A DNA stretch of 64,000 nt from the IMG/VR virus record IMGVR_UViG_3300031998_000058, positions 8,321 through 72,320 of that record. One strand, written 5' to 3'. The notes beneath the pieces were generated by a model. The model saw only the letters and a list, made by a program, of their open reading frames with translations. It did not search any database and was not told the origin of the DNA. Source of the DNA: a virus (Duplodnaviria; Caudoviricetes). Shown here in pieces: positions 10,695 through 20,283 of the stretch (positions are counted from its first letter, which is position 1; each line of letters starts with the position of its first letter). Both the position numbers and the translations under genes were made by a program.

Positions 10695-11408
10695 TTACCA
10701 GCTGACTACCACATCAGTTGGCGTTCCGCTTTCCTGCCAGTCAATAGCAAATATCGTATCCGAATAAATTTGGTCCCCCTCCGAATGGTACGTCGTATAT
10801 CCACTGTCTCCGTGAATCGGTTTGCTGTAATGGATCGTACCGATTCCGGCAATGTCTACTCCATGCAATGCCTCAACAAGACATTGATGAATAGCAAACG
10901 ACCTGCTATACGTTGGGGATTTTGTTATATTGTCCAGTGCATAATTCGTTATGATCTGGAAGTCCACTCCCAGGATGACCTTCAGGTCTGACCTTGGGAT
11001 GGCATGCGTCATAAAGCACTTAACCAAGATCCTAGCGTCCGTCTCGCTCGGCTTCGTGTATATCTGTCCCATCAGCCTATAGCCTTTAGGATGCTTTTCC
11101 CGCGACTCTTCCGTAGACAATGTGACATCATCTCCGTTGTAGAGTAAGGACCGTTTCTGATCTGGTGTTGGCAATGGCTGCGCAAGCGGATTGGCTTCGT
11201 CGTACCACAGATATTTCGCAAGCCTTACCCTTGGACGCGTATTGTCATCTTTTGGCACGTATCCATACTTATCAGGAAGATCAAGCAGATAAGTCAATAA
11301 TCTATACGGAATCAGTTCTGCCCCTTTCAGAGACGTAAACTGGTTCGGCTTCTCGTATGGATAGTAAGGACTGTCAAAGTTCCTCGGTTTCTGATAAGCC
11401 ATCGGCAT
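10695..11408 (-). CDS. Hypothetical tail-module protein (possible tail terminator)
   Basis: 237-aa ORF; assigned by position only. Confidence 0.35.
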   Translation of the reverse strand: MPMAYQKPRNFDSPYYPYEKPNQFTSLKGAELIPYRLLTYLLDLPDKYGYVPKDDNTRPRVRLAKYLWYDEANPLAQPLPTPDQKRSLLYNGDDVTLSTEESREKHPKGYRLMGQIYTKPSETDARILVKCFMTHAIPRSDLKVILGVDFQIITNYALDNITKSPTYSRSFAIHQCLVEALHGVDIAGIGTIHYSKPIHGDSGYTTYHSEGDQIYSDTIFAIDWQESGTPTDVVVSW

Positions 11409-11970
11409 TACCTTCTCTTTGCTTTTTATATTCTCTGAGTTGTTTTTCGCTCTTCTCTGCCTGCTGAATCACTTTCTCCAAAGCCTCTGGTGTTGATGAT
11501 GCTTCCAAATACGCCAGCAGTCGTGTCGCAGAACTGTTCATTGCTTCCAGCAACCCTTTAATATCAGAGTCAAGCCTGTATTTCAGTTCTGAATAGTCCG
11601 TCAGGATATCAAAACAAGTGTCTCTCAGCGCCGCATTATTCTTCATGCGGTTCATATCTTCAAACACATGCCCTCCGGCATACATATCGTACTCAGGTAT
11701 AGACATTAACCATGGATCATCATCCTCTGTTTCAATCTCTTTCCCGAGATACATCTTGACGAATGCACCCATCAAGAAGCGGCTGCGCCGATCCGTGTTG
11801 ACTTTGTAACAGGACGGTAATGCGCTGTTCAGGCTTTCGCTGTTGGCCGTGATATCCAAAGTGTCAAAGCACTTGGTTGCCGTCTCGTTGATAAAAGCCA
11901 TCTTGTCTACGGTCGATACATACGTAACTGCATTCCTCACATCATCATCAGTAAGCTTGTAAAACTCCAT
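11374..11970 (-). CDS. Hypothetical protein
   Basis: Start MEFYKL at 11970 with GGAGG 8 nt upstream. Confidence 0.55.
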   Translation of the reverse strand: MEFYKLTDDDVRNAVTYVSTVDKMAFINETATKCFDTLDITANSESLNSALPSCYKVNTDRRSRFLMGAFVKMYLGKEIETEDDDPWLMSIPEYDMYAGGHVFEDMNRMKNNAALRDTCFDILTDYSELKYRLDSDIKGLLEAMNSSATRLLAYLEASSTPEALEKVIQQAEKSEKQLREYKKQREGNADGLSETEEL

Positions 11971-12027
11971 GCGTCTTTCCTCCATCTTCTTCTCGCATAA
12001 GTTTATTGATGTATATATCAACGCCGA

Positions 12028-12207
12028 TTATTTAACGGCGGGTTTTTCTTTTTTGGGGCAGGATACGCCGGTGCAATTTATCTCCCACTGACCTGTATTC
12101 TGGCAAAACTTCTGATGACCGCAGTAATCCATTTTGCCCTCGATAGCCCTACAGTGGATGGATACATCTCCCCGTTTCTTGTAAGCGTGTTTGCATTTGC
12201 AAGCCAT
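12028..12207 (-). CDS. Small Cys-rich protein, first gene after attenuator 1
   Basis: MACKCKH...HC...YCGHQKFC...C...C with GGAG RBS. The longer start in the ORF track lies inside the terminator. Confidence 0.55.
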   Translation of the reverse strand: MACKCKHAYKKRGDVSIHCRAIEGKMDYCGHQKFCQNTGQWEINCTGVSCPKKEKPAVK

Positions 12208-12230
12208 TGTTTGTAATCTCCGATTTATCA

Positions 12231-12310
12231 AAATAAAAAAGGGCCAACGCACCCTGGAACTAACCAAAGTGAGTTGACCCTTGTTGGTCGTTGCTGTGTC
12301 CTTGTTGACA
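12231..12310 (-). promoter_or_regulatory. Attenuator copy 1 (dual hexaloop plus overlapping terminator)
   Basis: Minus strand: TGTC-AACAAG-GACA, spacer CAGCAAC, GACC-AACAAG-GGTC, terminator GGGTCAAC...GTTGGCCC followed by TTTTTTATTTT. Confidence 0.85.
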
Positions 12311-12340
12311 GAGCCAAATATATAAACTATATCATATTGA

Positions 12341-12369
12341 ATTATAACATAACATAATGCAATTTGTAT
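12341..12369 (-). promoter_or_regulatory. Promoter P1: ATACAA-N17-TATAAT with extended -10 (TG)
   Basis: TGtTATAAT about 30 nt upstream of attenuator 1; same layout as P2. Confidence 0.6.
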
Positions 12370-12378
12370 AGTGTTTAT

Positions 12379-13668
12379 TTACATTGCTACGATTCTAGAA
12401 CGATATGTTCCCCAATTTGATGCATTCATAAAGGCATTATATAAACTAGATGGCACAAATATACTTCCACTTTGTCCTGCTACTGCTCTATAACCACCGA
12501 TAGGGGTGCTACTAAAAGCGTCGGTATTTTTCAATTCAGGAACCGCGGAAACTTCATTCAAATACAGAGACACCAAACGCCAGCAACTTTCAAACGCTCC
12601 CTTTCCGATGTATGCGCATTTTGGAAGGCTTAAAGTTGTGATTGAATGACAATTTGCAAAAGCCCACAGTTCAATAGTTGTGCACGCAGGAATACTAATG
12701 CTATTTAGATTTGTGCATCGTTCAAATGCACGGCTTCCTATAGACCCGCAAACCGAAAGGTTAATAGTTGTTAAAGAACTACAATATTGAAACGCCTGGT
12801 CTCCAGTAACAATGCAGTTCGGAATGCTGATATTCGTTAAAGTGCGGCAATATTGAAATGCTGCTGAATCAACCGCTGTGCATGCGGGAAGGTTTACGCT
12901 TGTTAGGGCGTAGCACTCTGCAAAAGCCATGTATCCAATAGTTGTGCAGGCAGGAAAGCTTGCCGATTCCAAAGAAGAACATAGTTCAAACGCAGCTTCT
13001 CCGATGTCTGTACACACTGGTAGGTTAATTGATGCCAAGGAATAACATGCGTAAAACGCTTCACTCCCCACATTTAAACACGATGGCAAAAACACTTCAC
13101 TTAATCCAGAGCATCCCAAAAATGCCCCTGATCCGACCATCGAACATACTGGAAAAGATATGGATGTAAGGTTTGTGCATGAACAGAAAGCTCTTTCCCC
13201 AATTTCTTGTACTCGTTCCATACTAATTGAAGTAAGACCGCTATTACGATAAACCGCATAATCTCTTACTTTCTTTAATGTATTTTCGGTCACGCTTCCA
13301 GATACCGAATATCCTCCCAGTAATACTTTCATTCCAGTACCACCTTCTGTCTGCCCGCTTGCTATTTTGAAGTCTGGATTAATATCATCCATCTCTGCTA
13401 TGGCTATATGATTATCCCCAGCGTTTCCGTTTCCCATTCGCAAAACCAGAACATTCGCGGATGATTCCACGTTGAATAGTTCCCTGGTGCATTGTATGGT
13501 TCTCTCACCGTCAAATGGAATCGTAACTGCAAGTGTTCCATCTCCATTATTCGTTGCTACCGTAGCACGATAGAAAGAAACATCATTTGAACATTCCTCT
13601 TCCAGTTTTGGCTTTATATAGTTTTTCCATAAGTTCTCAGCGAACTCGGTCATGTCTTGATTGTTCAT
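12379..13668 (-). CDS. BspA-type leucine-rich-repeat protein 1
   Basis: Start MNNQDM overlaps the upstream stop (ATGA). Shared N-terminal module, about 10 22-aa repeats (C..L..V.FP.C..IG..AF) and the conserved cap STPIGGY...SNW. Confidence 0.85.
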   Translation of the reverse strand: MNNQDMTEFAENLWKNYIKPKLEEECSNDVSFYRATVATNNGDGTLAVTIPFDGERTIQCTRELFNVESSANVLVLRMGNGNAGDNHIAIAEMDDINPDFKIASGQTEGGTGMKVLLGGYSVSGSVTENTLKKVRDYAVYRNSGLTSISMERVQEIGERAFCSCTNLTSISFPVCSMVGSGAFLGCSGLSEVFLPSCLNVGSEAFYACYSLASINLPVCTDIGEAAFELCSSLESASFPACTTIGYMAFAECYALTSVNLPACTAVDSAAFQYCRTLTNISIPNCIVTGDQAFQYCSSLTTINLSVCGSIGSRAFERCTNLNSISIPACTTIELWAFANCHSITTLSLPKCAYIGKGAFESCWRLVSLYLNEVSAVPELKNTDAFSSTPIGGYRAVAGQSGSIFVPSSLYNAFMNASNWGTYRSRIVAM

Positions 13669-15869
13669 ACAGGTACGATCCTTTCTGATATCGAAGCCCA
13701 ATTAGACGCAGCAACAAATGCACCGTATAAACTGGTCGGCACATATACTGATCCATATTGACCAGCAACATCGCTGTATCCCCCAATTGGTGTGGAGAAG
13801 AAAGCAGAGGTTCCAATTGATGTCACTTGCGATACTTTATCCAAGTATAGTGCAATCAAGTTGTAGCAACCGGAAAATATGCGCTGACCCAGATAAGTGC
13901 ATCTGGAAAGATACACCGTTGTCAGATTATGGCAAAGATAAAGCGCGTAAGCATCGGTCGATTGGCAGATTGGAAGGCTCACTGTTGTAAGATTATCGCA
14001 AACGCCAAGCGCCGCGTTCCCCAGAAATTCACATGCTGGAAAATACACCGATGTTAAACCTGTTCTGTTAAACGCCCCAGCTCTGATTGCAGAGCATACT
14101 GGAAAAGAAACCACGCTTATGTTTGAACAGTTCGCGAATGCATTATCGCCTAAATATTCACACGTTGGGAAATTAGCAGATTCCAAATTCATACATTCAT
14201 CAAACGCATAACTTCCGATATAAGAACACGTAGGAAAATTAATTGATTCTAGTCCTGCGCATCCACGAAATGCGCTGTTTCCAATATAAGAACATACTGG
14301 GGAAGATGCTTGTGTTATCGAGCATAGATAAAAAGCCTCCGCTCCAATATATTCACATGATGGAAAATGTGCATACGACAAGCTTGTACACCCAAAAAAT
14401 GCGCCCGCTTCAATGGATTTACATTTTGGAAAATAAGCGGACACCAATCTTGTGCAATCACGAAATGCACTGGTTCCAATATTCGAGCACAGTGGAAAAG
14501 ATGCCACAGTTATACCACAATACCGAAAAGCCTGATTCGATATCGTAGTACACGCTGGGAAGTCTGCGGATTCTAAACTCTGGCACTGGAAAAATGCACC
14601 TGCGCCTATATAAGAGCATTGAGGAAATGAAGCATATCTTAACGTATTACAATATGTGAATGCGGTTGCCCCAACATATGAGCACATAGGAAAATTGGCC
14701 GATACCAGATCAAAACAACTCCAAAACGCAGAACTTCCGATATAAGAACACACAGGAAAATCAGCTGACGCCAATTCGGTGCATTGATAAAACGCACCTA
14801 CTCCAATTGAAGAGCATCGTGGAAATGATATTGTATTTAAACCAAAACAAGACCGAAACGCATAAGCTCCAATTGTTTCACATAAAGGGAAATTGACGGA
14901 CGACAAACTCGTACACTGTGAAAAAGCACTACCGCCGATATAAGAGCACAGTGGAAATGAGACCTCCGTCAAGCTCGAACAATATCCGAATGCATACGAC
15001 CCAATATATTTGCACGAAGGAAAATGCGCAGATTCTAAGCCTGTGCAATTTGTAAATACCGTCTCACCAATATAAGAACACATTGGAAATAGAACATTGG
15101 TTAATCTAGAACAATACCAAAATGCATAGTTCCCAATATAAGTACATTGTGGGAAAGATACCGTTTCCAAATTCGAACACGATCCAAATGCTGTACTGCT
15201 AATATAAGTACACAACGGAAAGGAAGCCGTCGTCAGATTCGAACAAAATGCAAACGCGGTGTCTCCAATATGAGTGCACGACGGAAAAGAGACCGTCTCC
15301 AAACCAATACATGACGCGAATGCCGCCCCGCCAACATTAGTGCATACGGGGAATAAGGCTGCTGTCAAATTCGAACAGTATGCAAACGCAACACTACCGA
15401 TGTTGGTCACTTGTGGCATACTAATCGAGAGTAGACCAGAATTCGAATACGCTGCATAAGAACGAATGCTCAATAATGTGCTTTCAGAAACCAGTCCAGA
15501 TACCGAATATCCGCCAAGCAAAACTCTCAGTCCTATTTCTGTTTCAACAGGCTCTGCGGTTCCACCAAGCATCCATTCATCATCATCAGTAGCTTTGGCA
15601 ACGACCACATGGTTGTTTGCGACATTTCCATTTCCAAACCTACAGATTATAACCTGCTCTCCTTCGTTGACATCTTCAAGCGCCACTGTCCTGTTGATTG
15701 TTCTTTCTCCATCGAACGGTACTTTGACAGTCAAGGTTCCATCATCGTTCTTCGATACCACTGTAGCACGGTAATATGAAACGTCATTCGTGAACTCCTG
15801 CTCTATCTTCGGCTTTATGTAGTTGTTCCATAAGTTCTCAGCGAACTCGGTCATGTCATGATTGTTCAT
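13665..15869 (-). CDS. BspA-type leucine-rich-repeat protein 2 (longest)
   Basis: Start MNNHDM at an ATGA overlap; about 24 LRR units; same N-module and cap. Confidence 0.85.
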   Translation of the reverse strand: MNNHDMTEFAENLWNNYIKPKIEQEFTNDVSYYRATVVSKNDDGTLTVKVPFDGERTINRTVALEDVNEGEQVIICRFGNGNVANNHVVVAKATDDDEWMLGGTAEPVETEIGLRVLLGGYSVSGLVSESTLLSIRSYAAYSNSGLLSISMPQVTNIGSVAFAYCSNLTAALFPVCTNVGGAAFASCIGLETVSFPSCTHIGDTAFAFCSNLTTASFPLCTYISSTAFGSCSNLETVSFPQCTYIGNYAFWYCSRLTNVLFPMCSYIGETVFTNCTGLESAHFPSCKYIGSYAFGYCSSLTEVSFPLCSYIGGSAFSQCTSLSSVNFPLCETIGAYAFRSCFGLNTISFPRCSSIGVGAFYQCTELASADFPVCSYIGSSAFWSCFDLVSANFPMCSYVGATAFTYCNTLRYASFPQCSYIGAGAFFQCQSLESADFPACTTISNQAFRYCGITVASFPLCSNIGTSAFRDCTRLVSAYFPKCKSIEAGAFFGCTSLSYAHFPSCEYIGAEAFYLCSITQASSPVCSYIGNSAFRGCAGLESINFPTCSYIGSYAFDECMNLESANFPTCEYLGDNAFANCSNISVVSFPVCSAIRAGAFNRTGLTSVYFPACEFLGNAALGVCDNLTTVSLPICQSTDAYALYLCHNLTTVYLSRCTYLGQRIFSGCYNLIALYLDKVSQVTSIGTSAFFSTPIGGYSDVAGQYGSVYVPTSLYGAFVAASNWASISERIVPV

Positions 15870-16843
15870 ACAGGTACGATCCTCGATGATATATTTGACC
15901 AGTTGTTTGCACTGCAAAAATTACTGTATAGACTTGCGGGTACAAACACACTTCCGTATCTACCAGCCGATCCGCTATATCCTCCAATGGGAGTTGAATT
16001 AAAAGTGTCATATTGTAAAGTTGTTACTTGAGATACACTTTGCAAGTATAATGAAATCAAATTAGTGCATTTGTAAAACACACTATATCCGATGCTGCTA
16101 CATTTCTGAATTTCAGCTACAGATAAAAGTGTACAATTTTCAAATGCATGACTCTCAATACTTTCACAAACAGGCATGGATATCTCTTTCAATGATACAC
16201 AATTTGCGAAATCATAGTCGAACACATGCTTACACTTTGGCAAGTATACAGAGGCTAAATTCGAACAATTTTCAAACGTATGCCCTCCAAGCCCAGAACA
16301 TACTGGCAACGATACTTCACTAAGGTTTGTACAGAAACTAAACGCCCTACCAGCAACATTTTCACACGCAGGTAAGTGTACCGTAGTTAAAGCTCTACAG
16401 TTTATGAATGCATCGTGCCTTACAGTCTCGCATAAGGGAAAATATATTGACGCTAGGCTGATGCAGCTTTGAAAAGCACCGCTTCCCACATAGGTACAAG
16501 CTGGAAAGCTGATATTTTCCAGGGAACTACATCCATTAAAAGCATACATGCTAATACTTGTGCATGCAGGAAAACTAATTGTTTTCAGACTGCTACATTG
16601 AGTAAAAGCCATCTCTCCTACCTTCATGCACTTAGGAAATAGAGCTGTCGATATTCGATAACAACTTCGAAAAGCACTGCTCTCAATTTCTGTACACTTA
16701 GACAAGCTAACATATGTCAAATAACTCTTTCCGCTAAATGAACTGTACTCAACGCTTGGTGCAGTGCCAGTCAGCATAAATGTTGTATCTATTTCTATCG
16801 GTTCAGCTCCTCCGAGCGACCACGTTAATAGTTCTTCAGGCAT
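15866..16843 (-). CDS. BspA-type leucine-rich-repeat protein 3 (lacks the N-terminal module)
   Basis: Start MPEELL at 16843 with AAGGAG RBS; LRR units and cap only. Confidence 0.8.
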   Translation of the reverse strand: MPEELLTWSLGGAEPIEIDTTFMLTGTAPSVEYSSFSGKSYLTYVSLSKCTEIESSAFRSCYRISTALFPKCMKVGEMAFTQCSSLKTISFPACTSISMYAFNGCSSLENISFPACTYVGSGAFQSCISLASIYFPLCETVRHDAFINCRALTTVHLPACENVAGRAFSFCTNLSEVSLPVCSGLGGHTFENCSNLASVYLPKCKHVFDYDFANCVSLKEISMPVCESIESHAFENCTLLSVAEIQKCSSIGYSVFYKCTNLISLYLQSVSQVTTLQYDTFNSTPIGGYSGSAGRYGSVFVPASLYSNFCSANNWSNISSRIVPV

Positions 16844-16859
16844 GTTTTCTCCTTGTTGA

Positions 16860-18173
16860 TTACACAGGAACAATCCTTTCTGATATCGAAACCCAATTAG
16901 ACGCAGCAACAAATGCATTGTATAAACTTGCTGGTACAAATACGCTTCCATATCTCCTGGCTTCCACACTGTATCCACCGATAGGTGTGCTTGAAAATGT
17001 ATTATTACTAATAACAGGAACTGTAGATACTTCATTCAGGTACAGTGAGATCAATCGAAAGCATGCGCTAAATGGCAAGGTTCCAAAACCAGTACAGACC
17101 GGAAGGCTGACAGTTTCCAGTGATGCACAATATACAAATGTGCTACTACCAATCGAGGTACAAGCCGGAAGATTAACAGACCGTAAAGAACTACAGAAAC
17201 CAAAGGCCATGCTTCCAACATATGTACATGCCGGAAAACTAATTGTTTCCACAGCAGAGCATGCATAAAACGCATGGCTTGAAATAGTCTTACAGGTAGG
17301 CAGGCTGATGTTTTCCAGAGCTATACACCACCCGAACGCATCACTCCCAATAACTGAACAAACAGGAAGACTGACAGTTTTTAGCTTTGTACAAGCCTCA
17401 AATGCACTCATCCCAACAGATGTACAATTTGGAATATTGACAGTTTCCAAGGAACTACATTTAGAAAATGCTTCTGATTCCACACGCGTACAGACCGGAA
17501 GGCTAAGAGTTGAAATGTTAATGCACCCTAAAAACGCACGAGTTCCAACAAAGGAACACGAAGGAAGATTTATTTCCGTAAATGAAGAGCAATCCACAAA
17601 CGCATCATGGTCGATGTATGTACAGACTGGAAGACTTATTTCTGCAAGTGACAAGCACCATCTGAATGCGCTTGGCCCTACTGACAAACATGCACTAATG
17701 TTCACTTTTGACAGAGAGTAGCATTGTGCAAACGCACGGGTTCCGATATGAGTGCATTGCGGAAGGTCTACTTCTGTTAATGGGGTTGAATAAAACGCCA
17801 CGCTTGGAACACTGGATGCATTTCCCGTTAAAAGAAATGGTGTGTCTGCCTGTATAGGTCCTGGTCCTGGAACAGACCCATCACTATAGGTCATCATGGC
17901 AATATGGTTATCCGCAGCATTGCCGTTGCCATATCTCCAGACAATGACTTCTGAACCTTCTTCGATAGCATTCAGTTCCTTCGTGACTCTGATGGTCTTT
18001 TCACTGTCAAAAGGTGCTTTTACATTCAAAGTCCCGTTTCCATTATTAGCAATAACGACAGCACGGTAATAAGAAACCTTATCTTTGGCAAAAGTTTCCC
18101 TGTACTTTGGCTTGATGTAATTATTCCAAAGGTTTTCGGCAAGTTCTGCCATTGCTGCGCTGTCGTTATCCAT
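16860..18173 (-). CDS. BspA-type leucine-rich-repeat protein 4
   Basis: MDNDSAAMAELAENLWNNYIKPK N-module, LRR units and cap. Confidence 0.85.
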   Translation of the reverse strand: MDNDSAAMAELAENLWNNYIKPKYRETFAKDKVSYYRAVVIANNGNGTLNVKAPFDSEKTIRVTKELNAIEEGSEVIVWRYGNGNAADNHIAMMTYSDGSVPGPGPIQADTPFLLTGNASSVPSVAFYSTPLTEVDLPQCTHIGTRAFAQCYSLSKVNISACLSVGPSAFRWCLSLAEISLPVCTYIDHDAFVDCSSFTEINLPSCSFVGTRAFLGCINISTLSLPVCTRVESEAFSKCSSLETVNIPNCTSVGMSAFEACTKLKTVSLPVCSVIGSDAFGWCIALENISLPTCKTISSHAFYACSAVETISFPACTYVGSMAFGFCSSLRSVNLPACTSIGSSTFVYCASLETVSLPVCTGFGTLPFSACFRLISLYLNEVSTVPVISNNTFSSTPIGGYSVEARRYGSVFVPASLYNAFVAASNWVSISERIVPV

Positions 18174-18190
18174 AAATATTGTATTCCCTT

Positions 18191-18469
18191 TTAATGTGTT
18201 TTCTGCTCTGCCAGATGATGACCGGTTTTTTCAATAACGGTCAATCGTGTTTCATGATCCGCTATCTTATCATCGTGCTCATCTAACTGTTCCTGAAAGT
18301 CTTTATGCTCTGCCGCATTTTCCATTTCCATTTTTTTGATCTGTTCACTAACAGTGCTCAAGATTACCGTCAGTTCGGTCATGGCCCTGGTGTTCTTGAT
18401 CAATGGTGTTGAGACAGCAATAACAAAACCTACGATGGCTATTAGCACTGTAACTATGGTCCATTCCAT
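18191..18469 (-). CDS. Holin-like small membrane protein (N-terminal TM helix plus coiled coil)
   Basis: MEWTIVTVLIAIVGFVIAVSTP... followed by a coiled coil ending HETRLTVIE, an XhlA/haemolysin-like layout. Confidence 0.55.
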   Translation of the reverse strand: MEWTIVTVLIAIVGFVIAVSTPLIKNTRAMTELTVILSTVSEQIKKMEMENAAEHKDFQEQLDEHDDKIADHETRLTVIEKTGHHLAEQKTH

Positions 18470-18622
18470 TGCGTTTTTCCTCCCTTCTTTTGCAAATCAA
18501 CTCAGTCAATCGGCATCTGTCGGGATGCGCCGTCATGTTCTGGTTTGTTTACGGGTTCCTCAGTTCTACAAGCTCGTGTAAGATTATCCCCCATGTCGCA
18601 ATACACCATTGCCATCTTCTTC

Positions 18623-19642
18623 CTACACTCCTTTAATTTCTTCGACGTGTTTCAGCCACGCGTCTATTGTTATCGTCTCCATCGGCATTCCTTCCGCTAC
18701 TGCCCTGTTTCGGATTCCGTTGGAGATAGACATCTTCTCCTGTTCGGTCAACTTCTCCCACCGATGTTTATGTTTCGCAAAGTAATCTGCGAACCGGTTC
18801 TCTACTGCATCACGATAGTCCTGGTTATTAATGTCAATCCATTCCTTCTTGTTCATGGTATAGTAAGCATCAAATATCATGAACGCCGCATAGAAGTTTG
18901 CTTTGTCATCGTGACCTCTCCTGCTGAATTCATCAACCAGGGCATCATTGGAATCCAGCATATTATTATAGGTCTTTAAGATATAATCCTTGTCGTGCCT
19001 GCAAACGCTTTCCTCTCTCCACTTCCAGAGATAGAACGGTGTCTGGCAATACTTGGCTTCCTTCGTTAAGTTCTGTGCAAGGATGTTGAAGTAACTGTCC
19101 TCATGGATCGTCAATTTCGGGTTGAACCTGATATTCTTGTCCAGAAGGTATGAGCGCCTGTGGAACTTACCGTGAACAAATGTCGAATCCATATCGTGAT
19201 TCATATAGACTATCTGCTTCCTGTCCGGCGTTCTGGTCTCTTCGATGAAACAACTTGTGATTGTATCAAATCCACCGTCCTTGTTCATTTCATTGAAGAT
19301 AATATACAGACCGCATACGTGGCAGTACATATCGTCTATATCACACCAGGTTATGTACTCTGCTTTAGCGGCATCCAGGCAAGAGTTTCTTGCTGCCGAT
19401 ACTCCCGCATGTTCCTGCCTAATCTGCTTGACTTCGAACGGATACTTCCTTGCTATAACGTATTCCCCTGTAGCATCAAGGTCTGTCGTGAACTCAAAGT
19501 CATGGGATTCTTCCCCGTCATGACAAATGATTACACCGATTTCGTTGAAATCCACGGACTGCTGAACAGCTATGGAATCAAGTAACGGGATAATAACTTC
19601 TGCCGGTTCCTTGTAGTGCGGAACTAAAATCTGCAATTTCAT
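18623..19642 (-). CDS. Glycosyltransferase family 2 (GT-A fold)
   Basis: ILVPHYKE...LLDSI; GVSAARN..LD.A...YI.WCDIDD (DxD motif); EDSYF. Confidence 0.85.
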   Translation of the reverse strand: MKLQILVPHYKEPAEVIIPLLDSIAVQQSVDFNEIGVIICHDGEESHDFEFTTDLDATGEYVIARKYPFEVKQIRQEHAGVSAARNSCLDAAKAEYITWCDIDDMYCHVCGLYIIFNEMNKDGGFDTITSCFIEETRTPDRKQIVYMNHDMDSTFVHGKFHRRSYLLDKNIRFNPKLTIHEDSYFNILAQNLTKEAKYCQTPFYLWKWREESVCRHDKDYILKTYNNMLDSNDALVDEFSRRGHDDKANFYAAFMIFDAYYTMNKKEWIDINNQDYRDAVENRFADYFAKHKHRWEKLTEQEKMSISNGIRNRAVAEGMPMETITIDAWLKHVEEIKGV

Positions 19643-19672
19643 ACTTTCTTTTCCCCCTGTGAATTAAATTGC

Positions 19673-19752
19673 AAATAAAAAAGGGACAACACATCTCGCA
19701 TTTCTACGAAATGTATTGACCCTTGTTGGTCGTTACCATGCCCTCGTCGGCA
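19673..19752 (-). promoter_or_regulatory. Attenuator copy 2
   Basis: TGCC-GACGAG-GGCA, spacer TGGTAAC, GACC-AACAAG-GGTC, terminator GGGTCAATACAT...ATGTGTTGTCCC followed by TTTTTTATTT. Confidence 0.85.
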
Positions 19753-19781
19753 TAGCCTGTATACACTTTTTATTATTATAT

Positions 19782-19810
19782 ATTATAGCATACTGGTCTT
19801 ACAGTTGTAC
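19782..19810 (-). promoter_or_regulatory. Promoter P2: GTACAA-N17-TATAAT with extended -10
   Basis: TGcTATAAT about 30 nt upstream of attenuator 2. Confidence 0.6.
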
Positions 19811-19865
19811 ATAACAATATGGTTTGGACATTATCAAGCGTAATGACAACGTGAGCGTGTTGACG

Positions 19866-20214
19866 TTATCTGTCGCCCACAATTGCCACATCTGAACACG
19901 GCATGATAAATCTATACATTCGTGTGCTACCCGGATACACAGAGGAGCCGGTAGTACTTGGAACGGTCTGGTTGCCAATATAAGCTTTATCAGATACCAA
20001 AGGTGGTGAAGACAAGTATCCCGAAGTATAAACAATCACGTAATCCCCGACCTGAACATTAATCGGTAAATCACTTGCCGTATATTCTTCTGTAGTGTTA
20101 TCAGGGTTAGTGACTATTATTGTTGTTATTAAGGCGAGTGCCTCAGAATTAGCACTCAACTCAAAGCTACTCGTACCCCCCCCCTAAAATTGTGGTTGAA
20201 GCATTAAAAATCAT
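19866..20214 (-). pseudogene. Small beta-domain (InlB-B-repeat-like) gene, frameshifted at a G9 tract
   Basis: RBS AGGAGG and ATG at 20214 read MIFNASTTILGGGYE*. With G8 at 20176-20184 the leader joins the 19866-20159 frame, which ends ...YRFIMPCSDVAI. Confidence 0.7.
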
Positions 20215-20283
20215 ATTGTTCCTCCTAACTGATTACTTAAAAATATTATCGTTGTTATAATGTATTGGCGTTAACATTATTAA

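Noticed and set aside
12231-12310. Known ligand-binding riboswitch (c-di-GMP, SAM, preQ1, T-box)
   Set aside because: None of their conserved cores is recognisable; the element is only two 14-nt hairpins plus a terminator. An Rfam search is still needed.
13900-15420. CRISPR-like 66-nt periodicity
   Set aside because: It is the 22-aa LRR coding repeat in an open frame; the repeats are degenerate at wobble positions and no cas genes are present.
12379-18173. Diversity-generating retroelement acting on the LRR genes
   Set aside because: No reverse transcriptase (no YxDD-type ORF) in the window. The repeat pairs are coding junctions and their differences are not confined to adenines. An RT outside the window cannot be excluded.
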